Assembly: GCA_963765345.1 (NCBI GenBank)
Contig: CAVXWI010000001.1
Location: forward strand, 114,572 to 178,571
Direction: 5' to 3'
Length of the DNA stretch: 64,000 bases
Source of the DNA: an uncultured Actinomycetota bacterium
Lineage (GTDB): Bacteria; Actinomycetota; Thermoleophilia; Gaiellales; Gaiellaceae
Position numbers and translations under genes: made by a program. Below the pieces are notes generated by a model that was not told the DNA's origin, made no database searches, and saw nothing but the letters and a program-made list of their open reading frames with translations. Positions 52,138 through 61,055 of the stretch are shown here, one piece after another (the stretch's first letter is position 1; each line of letters opens with the position of its first letter).

Positions 52138-52867
52138 TCAGAGCCCGTGGGCCAGGCGGCCCGCGAGCGTCTCGGGCAGGCCGGCCGCCCTGATCTCCGC
52201 CTGCGTCCGCTCGAGCGGATAGGCGGTTCGGCGGAAGCTGGCACGGCCGGCGGCGAGGTCGAGCAGCAGCCACGCCGCCCGCGGGTCGCCGCCGCGCGGC
52301 TGGCCGACCGACCCCGGGTTGACGAGCCAGCGCGAGGCGGCGAGGTCGATCTCGTCGCCGGCGTTCGCGAGCCCGCCCGAGAGGGCGCCGCCGTCGAAGC
52401 CGATCTTGAGGGCGACGTGGCTGTGGCCGACGAGAACGAGGGGGGCGGTGGGTGACCTCGAGGCTCGGCCGCGCGGCTGCCTCGCTGAGGACGTAGTCCC
52501 AGACCGGGTCGAGCGGGCTGCCGTGGAAGAGCTCGGCGCCGGGGCGCGCCGCCTGCGGGGCAAGCCCGCCGAGGAAGCGCCGAGCCTCCTCCGAGAGCGC
52601 CCCCTGCGTCCAGCGGACGGCGACGGCGGCGTCGCCGTTGAAGTCGTCGACCGGCAGGGCGCCGATGACCGCCAGGTCGTGGTTGCCGGCGAGGCAGAGC
52701 GCCGCATCCTGCTCGACCCGCTCGCAGCAGCGGTTCGGCTCGGGCCCGTAGCCGACGACGTCGCCGAGGCACCAGAGCTCGTCGGGGGCCTCCGCCGCCA
52801 CCTCGGCCAGAACGGCCGAGAGCGCGTGGTGGTTCCCGTGGATGTCAGAGACGACGGCGACTCTCAT
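52138..52867 (-). CDS. Metallophosphoesterase (calcineurin-like, YfcE type) with an apparent 1-nt frameshift near 52445
   Basis: MRVAVVSDIHGNHHAL...CLGDVVGYGP...LAGNHD is in one frame; ...APLVLVGHSHVALKIGF...VNPGSVGQPRGGD is in the adjacent frame; the crossing is at a gaggggggcgg G-run. Confidence 0.7.
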
Positions 52868-53133
52868 CGGCTGCCCGAGCGGGCGCTAACCCTAGCGCCG
52901 CCGCAGGCCGGCGGCGCCGGCAATTGCGAGGGGAGTCCGCCCGTCCGCGCGTCTGCGCCCGACCGCCCCGCGGGAGGCCGCGGAGGCGACCGTCCTGCCT
53001 GCACCGGGCCGCATGGCAAGCTTCGGCGACGCGGCCACCCGGGCCGACGGCGCGGGTACCGCGCGCGCAAACGGGCGAGGCGAGGACGGAGAGGAGGGCC
53101 GAGGCATGATCGAGAGACCCGGCGGCGGGGACG

Positions 53134-54664
53134 TTGGCGCCTAGCGCCCTCGGCCGCCTCGAGGCGGCGCTCGGCGGACTCGCCGGCAGCGAGGTGTCGC
53201 TCGAGCGGCCGCGCGACGCCGCCAACGGCGACTACTCGACGAACGTCGCGATGCAGCGCGCCCGCGAGCTCGGGCGCTCGCCGCGTGACATCGCCGAGGA
53301 GCTGGCGAAGCGCGCGGTCGAGGTGCTGCCCGAGGTCGAGCGGGCGCAGGTCGCGGGGCCGGGCTTCCTCAACCTCTGGGTCACCGACCCGTTCATCGGC
53401 GAGGTGCTCGCCGAGATCGACTCGGGCTACGGCGGCGGCTCCGCCGAGGAAGCCGAGCGGATCCAGGTCGAGCTCGTCTCGGCCAACCCGACGGGGCCGC
53501 TGACGGTCGCCTCGGGCAGGAACGCCGCCTACGGCGACACGGTCGCCCGCCTGCTCGCCTTCGCCGGACACGAGGTCGAGCGCGAGTACTACTACAACGA
53601 CGCCGGCGCCCAGATGGACCGGTTTCGCGCCTCCGTCGAGGCGGTCCGCGCCGGCAAGGAGCCACCCGAGGACGGCTACCACGGCGCCTACATCGCCCAG
53701 ATCGCCGCCGAGCCGGGCGACCCGGTGCCGCGGATGCTCCACGAGATCGAGAGGACGCTGAAGCGGTTCCGGATCCACTTCGACTCGTGGGCGCGCCAGA
53801 GCGAGCTCGAGCGAGACCTGGAGTCGATTCTCGACGGGGCTCCAGACCTACGAGCGGGACGGGGCGCTCTTCGTGCGCTCGACCGACTTCGGCGACGACA
53901 AGGACCGCGTGCTGGTCCGCTCGGCGCGGATGGGCGGGCTGCCCACCTACGAGGCGGCCGACGTCGCGTACCTGCGCGACAAGCTCGAGCGGGGGTACGA
54001 CCGCGCCATCTACGTGCTCGGGGCCGACCACCACGGCGTCGCGGGCTGGTACGGGGTTGTCGCGCGGATGCTCGGGTACGCGCCCGAGCGGGTCGAGGTC
54101 CTCCTCTACCAGCTCGTCCACCTGACGCGGGGCGGCGAGCAGGCGAAGATGTCCAAGCGGCGCGGCGATGTCGTCTTCCTCGACGAGTTCCTCGACGAGG
54201 TCGGGGTCGACTTCGCCCGCTGGTTCCTGATCGACCGGGGCCACGACCAGACGATCGAGATCGACATCGACCTCGCCGTCGAGCGGTCGCGCAAGAACCC
54301 GGTCTACTACGTCCAGTACGTGCATGCGCGGATCAGCGGCATCTTCCGCGAGGCCCCCGACGGCGCCGCGCTCGATCCGGCGCCGCGGCTGCCGCTCGCC
54401 TCCGAGGAGCGTGAGCTCGTCAAGCGCCTTGCCGAGTTTCCGGGGATCGTCCGCGAGGCGACCGAGCGGCGCGGCCCGCATGCGATCGCCGTCTACGCGA
54501 TCCGGCTCGCCGACGACTTCCATCGCTTCTACCACGCTCATGTCGTCCTCGCGGCGAAGGGCGGCGACCACGAGTCGTTCCGGCTCGCGCTGGTCGGCGC
54601 CACGCGTGACGTGGTCGCCCGCTGCCTCGACCTCCTCGGCATCGACGCGCCGGAGCGGATGTAG
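53134..54664 (+). CDS. argS: Arginine--tRNA ligase (apparent 1-nt frameshift near 53835)
   Basis: N-terminal add-1 domain, PTGPL (HIGH-class motif region), ...DGALFVRSTDFGDDKDRVLVRSARMGGLPTYEAADVAYL..., the KMSKRRG (KMSKS) motif and the anticodon-binding C-terminus; the frames cross in a gacgggg run. Confidence 0.9.
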
Positions 54665-55026
54665 TGCCCGAACGGCTCGCCGACCCGGCGGTCGTCCCGG
54701 CCGCCGGCACACCCGCGAAGCGGATCGAGGAATACGTTGGCCGCGTCAGCACGGGCGAGAGTGCCGTCAGCATCGCGCGCATGCGCAGCCCGCAAGGTTG
54801 GTCCGAGCCGGCACAGGCGCCCGCGTTCGACGAGTACACGCTCGTCCTCGCGGGCTTGCTGGTTGTCGAGCACGAGGGCGGCCGGCTTGAGATCCGCGCC
54901 GGCGAGGCTGTCCACACGAGACCGGGGGAGTGGGTGAGGTACAGCTCACCCGACCCGGGCGGCGCCGAGTACATCGCGGTCTGCGTGCCGGCGTTCTCGC
55001 CGGCGATCGCTCACCGAGAGCGCTGA
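54664..55026 (+). CDS. Cupin domain protein
   Basis: Small beta-barrel (…YTLVLAGLLVVEHEGGRLEIRAGEAVHTRPGEWVRYSS…); its GTG start overlaps the argS stop (taGTG). Confidence 0.7.
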   Translation: MPERLADPAVVPAAGTPAKRIEEYVGRVSTGESAVSIARMRSPQGWSEPAQAPAFDEYTLVLAGLLVVEHEGGRLEIRAGEAVHTRPGEWVRYSSPDPGGAEYIAVCVPAFSPAIAHRER

Positions 55027-55074
55027 GCGGCCTTCCAGGCGCGTGCTCGGTGCGTCGTAGTCGGCGGAAGGGGA

Positions 55075-55262
55075 TGCCGGCTCGACGAGGGCCGAAGCTC
55101 ACGCCGCGCGACACACGCGACGCGTTTGCGTCGCAGGCTGGGGATCAGGACTTGATCTCAGCCGACCTGGTGCCGATCCTTGGTCACAGCAGTGCTGGCA
55201 TCACGGCGGCGATCCCTTTGCACACCTTCAATCGTGAGGCGCGCGAGCGGCGGCGTGGGTGA
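55075..55262 (+). pseudogene. C-terminal relic of a tyrosine recombinase (phage-type integrase)
   Basis: LTPRDTRDAFASQAGDQDLISADLVPILGHSSAGITAAIPLHTFNREARERR aligns with integrase box II (…LRPHDLRHTFAS…LLGHSS…T…Y.H…). Catalytic H and Y are substituted (D, P), and there is no N-terminal part. Confidence 0.5.
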
Positions 55263-55266
55263 CGCC

Positions 55267-55281
55267 ATGACGATCGCGGCT
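55267..55281 (+). repeat. Direct repeat copy 1 (catgacgatcgcggc)
   Basis: A 14-15 nt exact repeat of 55674-55688, directly after the integrase relic's stop. Confidence 0.5.
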
Positions 55282-55480
55282 GGAGGCGCCTGATGTTCTG
55301 GAGGAAGCGGATACGTCGAGCTCCGCGAGGAGCTACAGCGCAGACAGACAGAGGCGGAAGAACGGCCGGTCTGGCACGGATCCATCAGCCCGCCTCCTGC
55401 GCACGAGATGAGCCCGGAGGAGGCGGCGAAATACGAGGCTCGAACGGGCGATCTGCAGTCCGACGAGTGGGACGGCTGAC

Positions 55481-55678
55481 ATGCCTGATCTCCAGTTCTG
55501 GCGCCAAGCATATGCGCGGGAGCTTCGCGAAATCAGCGCCATCATCGACCGGCTCGCGAGCGAACTTGAAGACGGGGTCGGGGTAGGTGGCGGCCTCGTC
55601 GACCGTCTCCGCATCCTGGAGATGAAGGTTGGCGAACTGAAGATCAGCGTCGAGGAGGACTGGCGGCACGCGCGATGA
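55481..55678 (+). CDS. Small coiled-coil hypothetical protein (65 aa)
   Basis: MPDLQFWRQAYARELREISAIIDRLASELEDGVGVGGGLVDRLRILEMKVGELKISVEEDWRHAR; the upstream protein-like ORF ends TGAcATG. Confidence 0.3.
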   Translation: MPDLQFWRQAYARELREISAIIDRLASELEDGVGVGGGLVDRLRILEMKVGELKISVEEDWRHAR

Positions 55679-55688
55679 CGATCGCGGC
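55674..55688 (+). repeat. Direct repeat copy 2 (gatgacgatcgcggc)
   Basis: Matches 55267-55281; the two copies bracket the small-ORF pair about 190 nt upstream of tRNA-Gly. Confidence 0.5.
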
Positions 55689-55871
55689 GGGGCCCGACGA
55701 GGGCCCGCGAAGTCGAAGACCGCCTGAAAGGTGCGCAGCGCGACTGACGCTGCCAGCCCGATGCCCGAGAGGACGAGAGTTCGAGGCCCGGCGCTCGGCT
55801 GTCAAAGAGCCTGGCCGAAAAGCGTCGGTCGACCAGACGGGCCTCAGGATTTGGCTACGCTAGATGCTCTT

Positions 55872-55944
55872 GCGGGTGTAGCTCAGTTGGTAGAGCATCA
55901 GCTTCCCAAGCTGAGGGTCGCGAGTTCGAGTCTCGTCGCCCGCT
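55872..55944 (+). tRNA. tRNA-Gly (CCC)
   Basis: GCGGGTGTAGCTCAGTTGGTAGAGCATCAGCTTCCCAAGCTGAGGGTCGCGAGTTCGAGTCTCGTCGCCCGCT; anticodon loop UUCCCAA. Confidence 0.9.
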
Positions 55945-55948
55945 TCGA

Positions 55949-55974
55949 TCTTGGCCCCTCGCGGGGCCTTTTTT
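55949..55974 (+). terminator. Rho-independent terminator after tRNA-Gly
   Basis: Hairpin ggcccctcgcggggcc followed by tttttt. Confidence 0.65.
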
Positions 55975-56381
55975 CGCTCAACGGTTCCGTTCCTAGCACC
56001 GACCGGGCTTACGGGCTCTGGTGGGTCTTCAGGCCGATTGCTCGCCGCGAGTCGATTGCGGGGGTGTCGACGGCGCCTACTGTGCGGCCGCCGAACGCGG
56101 GCAGGTGCTTGTCGAGCGCGGAGCGATGTAGACCGACGCGCGAGGCAGTTCATCCGTCGCGGCGCGCGACCCTGCCGGTGCCGAGGCACTTGATCGAGAA
56201 AACGCACTCGTCCGCCGTGCCGTGCGCACTACTCGCAGTTTTTCTGGAGCACGCAGACAGGGTTCTGCCGGTCGCTGCGCCTGTCTTGCAAACCCCTCGA
56301 ACGCAGTGCTAGGCAAACCAGACAACGCGTGTCAGGCTCCCGGGGTCTGCGGCCCATCCAAGGCGAGACGAAGGAGGCACC

Positions 56382-58334
56382 GTGGCAAGACTTCGGTTGT
56401 TTGTCCAGCTGGGCGTCGCACTGCTCATGTCTGTCTTGGCGCTCGGCGGGCCGTTAGGGGCGCAGGCAAACCCGGGCACCGTAACGATCACGAAGCACGC
56501 CGATCTCGGCTTCACTACGAGCGTCCCCGTCGACGTGGACACCGGGGTGGCGAGCCCACCGTGTCTGTTGAGCTTTGTCGGCTGCCTCTTTCACGGTGCG
56601 GTTGCCTTCCACGGCACGCTCAAAGTCGATGTGACTCTGGGGACCGACGTCGCGCTGACGATACGACCCTGGTGGACCTGAACACGCCGAACGGGCCTCT
56701 ACCGGTGTCGGTCACGTATGCGCCGACGCCTGGTGGATCGACGGTCAACTACGTGCTCAGCGGCAACATGATCTTTAACTTCGACTGGGTGTTCCGGGTG
56801 CCCGACAACGTTGCCGTTCACTGCGACGTCGGCGTCCAATACGTTCACGGCGCCGATGGACGCTGATGCACCGGTCACCATTCCGGGCTCCAGCTCGGGC
56901 ATCACCCTCAACGTCGGCTCGCTCGATGTGATTACCGCATCGCTCGGGAGCGGCCTGACGCTGGCGCCGGCTCCTCCCGGCCTCGTTCCCGGGCTGGGCG
57001 GAGCCGCGGCCCTGGTTCAGGTCTCGGGAGCGAGTGGCGCGCCAGTCCTTCCGATCGAGTGGGACTCTTCCGGTTCGTCGCAGAGTTTCACGCTGACGAC
57101 GCCGGCGAATCCGACGCCGCTTGGGATCTCGCTCGGACCGCTCGTCAACTGGGTCGATACATCCGGAAATGCGCAGATCAATCTCCACTGGACCAGCGAC
57201 TTTCAGAACACGGTGGCCGTTGTCGCAGACATCGCCAGCGCCGGCGTCTGCCTCGTCGTCGACTGCTCGATCAGTGACCCCAATCCAATCAGCCTGTTTT
57301 CCGGAGGGCTGGGGCCGGCGTATACGGCAGCAGGCCTCGACACGACTCTCGGGAATGCAATCGGCGGCACAGCGGATCGCTCGTCGCGAGCAGGGTCGCG
57401 GCCGGATTCGTTCCCGTACCGCTGACCTCGCCACCGCACGACTCGATTCCGCCGCTGACAACGGGCGCAGTCGACTTCGCCGTGCCGTCTGTGGCGATCA
57501 CGGGCGTGCCGGCCGGGGTCGTGCTCAAAGGCGACGCGGTCAGCCTCGCGGCTGCCCGCGAACGGAGGGACCGGTCTGTACACCTACGCCTGGACGAAGA
57601 ACGGTGCCCCGTTTGCGACGACGCAGAGCATCACCGACACACCAGCACTCGGAGACACGACTTACGCGGTGACCGTGACCGACTCGCAGGGGGCAGTCTC
57701 CAACACTGCGACCACGCTGGTGCACGTCTACGACTTCACGGTCGCAGGCAGTCCGACGAGCCTCACGACCCTCACAACGGGAACGAACACCTACGGGGTG
57801 ACGGACAGCTTGTTGGCCGGTTCGCCGACGTCTGGGCTACCCACGATTGGGCTGTCGTTGTCCGGCCTGCCCTCCGGAGCATCGGTGGGCTTCAGTCCCC
57901 CGAGCGGGAGTGCGGGAGGTTTTTCCTCGACGGCGACGATCACCACCGCCAGCGCGCCGCCTGGGACGTACGCTCTCACACTTACTGGCACCGACGCCAG
58001 AGCACTGATCGGCGGGTCACGGTCGGCCACCTTGAGTCTGACCATTCTCACCCCAGCCCAGGCAATCCCGAACGTGATCGTGACCGTGCAAGGACTTCGG
58101 ACCTCCGGCGTGCTCAACGGAGGCCAGGCGAACTCGCTCAGTGTGAAGTTGAGTCACGCCATCGGCAGCCTCACCTCGAAACCCGATCAACCGACCGGCT
58201 GCAACCAACTGCAGTCGTTCGTCAACGAAGTCAACGACTACGTGTCGACGGGAGTCCTGACGCCCGCGCAGGCAACCACCTTGCTGGGCGGCCCGCTCGG
58301 GATCCTCGCGATCATGGCAGCGGTGCCATGCTAA
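56382..58334 (+). pseudogene. Large secreted surface protein (~650 aa) with a PKD/Ig-like domain, broken into at least 5 frame segments
   Basis: Strong RBS (aaggagg) plus GTG; signal peptide MARLRLFVQLGVALLMSVLALGGPLGAQA. Coding continues through frames 56382-56681, ~56640-56866, 56811-57425, ~57426-57560 and 57560-58334. The last segment contains TGLYTYAWTKNG...TYAVTVTDSQGAVSNTATTLVHVYD, an Ig/PKD-like signature. Confidence 0.6.
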
Positions 58335-58365
58335 GAGCCGCGATCTGAACCGACCAAAGCAGAGA

Positions 58366-58393
58366 GAAGGCCCGCACCAGCGGGCCTTCTCTC
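58366..58393 (+). terminator. Putative terminator hairpin after the surface-protein gene
   Basis: gaaggcccgcaccagcgggccttc inverted repeat. Confidence 0.45.
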
Positions 58394-58551
58394 AACCCTC
58401 TGACTCTCGATCCACCGTTAGGCCCGCCGTTGCCATTACACACCCGAGGTCGTGGAGGGGTGGGCCGGGCCGCAACCGCGGAAGCGTTTCGAGCTGCCAG
58501 CGGGCCGGCGGGGCGGTTTCGAGAACACGGGGCCCGCCGAAGGCGTGCCGG

Positions 58552-58968
58552 GTGTCCTCTACACTCCAAGACGCCGTGCCAGATCAACACCACCTCGAGT
58601 GGTCTGCTGCCGCGGTCCGATCCACGGGAGGGACTCTCGAGCTCCGCGTCAGCATCGACGGCCAACCTGACGAGTTGTGGCTCAGGGCGTTCTGGGACTG
58701 CTGGGGCGAAGTCAAGACGTTCGATGCCAGGTGGGGAACGCTAGAGCTCTTGGGTCAGACCGTCGAGGTACGGGGCATCCTGGAGGATGCGGACACCGAA
58801 GCGCTCAGGACAGAGCTTGACGCAATTGTTGAGCGCGCGAACGCGCTGGCGGAGGAGATGCGGAGCGAAGACACAGCTGCGGCCGCTCGGTGGCAAGCGC
58901 AGCGCGAGGAGAGCGCGCGCCGGGCGGGCGAGATGACCGATGCATTCCGCGAAGACTCGGACGGGTAG
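58552..58968 (+). CDS. Acidic hypothetical protein
   Basis: 138-aa ORF from a GTG start (…LELRVSIDGQPDELWLRAFWDCWGEVKTFDARWGTLELLGQTVEVRGILEDADTEALRTELDAIVERANALAEEMR…); no family recognised. Confidence 0.45.
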   Translation: MSSTLQDAVPDQHHLEWSAAAVRSTGGTLELRVSIDGQPDELWLRAFWDCWGEVKTFDARWGTLELLGQTVEVRGILEDADTEALRTELDAIVERANALAEEMRSEDTAAAARWQAQREESARRAGEMTDAFREDSDG

Positions 58969-59251
58969 GCGAGTGGGGCTCGGGCAAGCCACCGCACCGC
59001 CGCGGCGTCGTCCCTCGTCGGCTCGGCCGAGATGAGCCGCGAGCTCTCCGACGAAACGGGTCTCGCCGCGCGCTCGTTCGGCGGCGACGTCGACCCGATC
59101 CTCTCTGTTGCGAGCTTGACGGTGTCGCTGTCGTCGGCCCGAACGACGCGGTCGCGACGGTCAGGTTCTATGGACGCTGCCGGCTGCGTGAATTTGCAAA
59201 GCCGGGAAGGCCGACGATTTGCCGGTTGACACAAAACATGGAGGCAACGAG

Positions 59252-59461
59252 ATGAGCATCGATTACGACAAGGATCTTGAGCTCACTGTTGGGGACGCGG
59301 AGGGCGTGGCCGGCGGACGCAGCACAAAGCGCACCGCGGCGAAGTCCTCGGCCCACGCATCATCGGCCTCGGTCATGCCGAGCCTCGGCGGAACACCCGC
59401 TCCTTCGACCAGCGGTCCCGAAGACAATCAGCCTTACCCGGACGAAGACATCGAGTGCTAG
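59252..59461 (+). CDS. Small ORF (69 aa) with double-glycine-leader-like N-terminus
   Basis: GGAGG lies 7 nt before the ATG. MSIDYDKDLELTVGDAEGVAGG | RSTKRTAAKSSAHASSASVMPSLGGTPAPSTSGPEDNQPYPDEDIEC: the first 22 aa resemble GG-type leader peptides (L.ELT...V.GG), the rest is Ser/Thr/Ala/Pro-rich and ends in Cys. A strong hairpin follows at 59468-59505. Confidence 0.45.
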   Translation: MSIDYDKDLELTVGDAEGVAGGRSTKRTAAKSSAHASSASVMPSLGGTPAPSTSGPEDNQPYPDEDIEC

Positions 59462-59467
59462 ACGGGT

Positions 59468-59505
59468 AGGGCGACTGGCCCGACCTGAGAACCTCGGGTC
59501 GGGCC
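59468..59505 (+). terminator. Strong stem-loop directly after the small ORF
   Basis: gactggcccgac / gtcgggccagtc, a perfect 12-bp inverted repeat with a 12-nt loop. Confidence 0.5.
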
Positions 59506-60038
59506 AGTCCGGGCAGAACCGAACGGCACGCTCCGGGCTCTCTCTGCTCGCCGTCCGCGAATGTTCCGGCCTCGTGGGGGGTTACCCTGCACGCCTGGAC
59601 CGGATCGCCCGGGGCTAACCGGCAGGAGAGTACTCACCGCTCCCGTCGGGCCCAGCGTCATCACGGCCGTCTAACGGAGAGGATCCACACTGGCTTCAGG
59701 AGCCGTGATGCCGAGGGTCGCCGGTGCGAGCGCACGGCCCGTTTGACCCTCGTCGCTCGTCGTTGGGCGGCAGGGACATCGAGGGCTCGGGCGTGTGAGA
59801 CGGACTGCAAACGATCTCGCGTCGTTTTGGTGAATACGGTCCCGGCCCGAATCGACAATCGGTAGATCCACTCCCAGCGTGCTGGGGCCCGGTCGAGCAC
59901 CGCGGGCTCGTCGTCGATCGGGACCCGCTTGCTCGAAGCACGGTGACGAGGTCGTCGTACCCGCCACACCTGAAACCAGGGCACATCTCGGCTCCCGGAG
60001 GGTGTCAGCACCTTCCGACACGAGTGAGTGGATGGTCG

Positions 60039-60410
60039 TCACAGCGCTCGCCCGAGCACGAGGCCGACATACGCGAGCGTGATCCCAGCACCGAGTGTGC
60101 CGAGCGCATACACCGCGGCGATCATGGTCGAGTCTCGCTGACCGAGCTGAATCGTCTGGGCCGCCAGCGCCGAGAATGTCGTGTACGAGCTCAGAAACCC
60201 GACAAGGAGCAGGTTGCGGAGTTGGGGGTGCTCGGAAAAGCGGGGTGTGAGCGCGCCGGTCAGGATTCCGATGGCCAGCGCCCCGCTGAGGTTCACCGTC
60301 AGGGTTCCGATGTAGTGCGTGCCGTCTTGGCCGTTCGGCAACACCTTCTCGACGGCGTAACGCGAGAGTGCTCCAAGGGCCGCAGCTGCGGCGATCACAA
60401 GGGCAGTCAT
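60039..60410 (-). CDS. crcB: Fluoride ion channel CrcB/FluC
   Basis: 123 aa with four TM helices (MTALVIAAAAALGALSRYAVEKVL...GTLTVNLSGALAIG...LLVGFLSSYTTFSALAAQT...), typical of CrcB; preceded by a fluoride riboswitch. Confidence 0.85.
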   Translation of the reverse strand: MTALVIAAAAALGALSRYAVEKVLPNGQDGTHYIGTLTVNLSGALAIGILTGALTPRFSEHPQLRNLLLVGFLSSYTTFSALAAQTIQLGQRDSTMIAAVYALGTLGAGITLAYVGLVLGRAL

Positions 60411-60436
60411 GGCGTGGACTCCTTTGACATCTCGAC

Positions 60437-60485
60437 TAGGAGCCATCAGCCGTGACGGCGGTTCTAGGCGAGCCCCATCGCCAGT
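60437..60485 (-). promoter_or_regulatory. Fluoride riboswitch (crcB RNA motif)
   Basis: The mRNA-sense sequence GGCGAUGGGGCUCGCCUAGAACCGCCGUCACGGCUGAUGGCUCCUAG matches the crcB consensus GGnGAUGGnnuuCnCC..AACCGCC..GCUGAUGAUnCCU. An aaggag RBS and the crcB ATG follow. Confidence 0.8.
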
Positions 60486-60705
60486 ACACAGCGTACCGGC
60501 GTGCGGCCCCGAATGCACGCGGTTGGGATGATGGCGACGTAGGAGTGCACGCCAGGCCCGGTTTTCGCCGGGTCACGCCACGAAACCATTTCCCGACCGC
60601 GGCCGCGCTTGAGCTGCCCCTCCCCTCCGGTCGAGCTCGATGCCGCCGTTTTCGTCGCCGCGGCGCCGCGGGATTCACGAGATCTTGCAACAATCATGGC
60701 TGAGC

Positions 60706-60915
60706 ATGTGGACGCGAGGAGTTCGCGGGGCGCTCTTGTGTGTCACCGGCGCTGTGTGGATCGCCCAGGGCACGAACGTCTTGCACGGGTCGGGGATGAG
60801 CGGTGAGGGAAGGTGGGCCGTGATCGGCGTCGTCACCCTCGTGATCGGCGTGGCCCTCCTCGCCTGGGCGTGGCAGATCCATCAGAGTCACGCGGGGAGC
60901 ATGGGCGCCTCGTAG
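60706..60915 (+). CDS. Small membrane protein, hypothetical
   Basis: MWTRGVRGALLCVTGAVWIAQG...RWAVIGVVTLVIGVALLAWAWQIH has two TM helices. Confidence 0.4.
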   Translation: MWTRGVRGALLCVTGAVWIAQGTNVLHGSGMSGEGRWAVIGVVTLVIGVALLAWAWQIHQSHAGSMGAS

Positions 60916-61055
60916 GCCGAGAGGATCAACGCCTCGGTGGCACCGACCTGCGCTGCCGCGGCGCTGGACTCGGTCTCGGCATGGGGAGGCCCGCGGGTCG
61001 GCGCTGGCGAACCGGCCGAGCAAAGGGATCGACTGCGGCGAGGGGCCCCGGAGGC

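Noticed and set aside
55263-55300. In-frame TGA in the small protein-like ORF as a possible selenocysteine codon
   Set aside because: There is no SECIS-like hairpin immediately downstream and no selenoprotein family resemblance; an ordinary stop with a later internal start, or non-coding sequence, is more likely.
59180-59252. A sigma-70-like promoter upstream of the leader-peptide-like ORF (TTGACA at 59232)
   Set aside because: The TTGACA hexamer sits only ~14 nt before the start codon, overlapping the RBS region, which is the wrong spacing for a -35 element; no convincing -10 partner was found.
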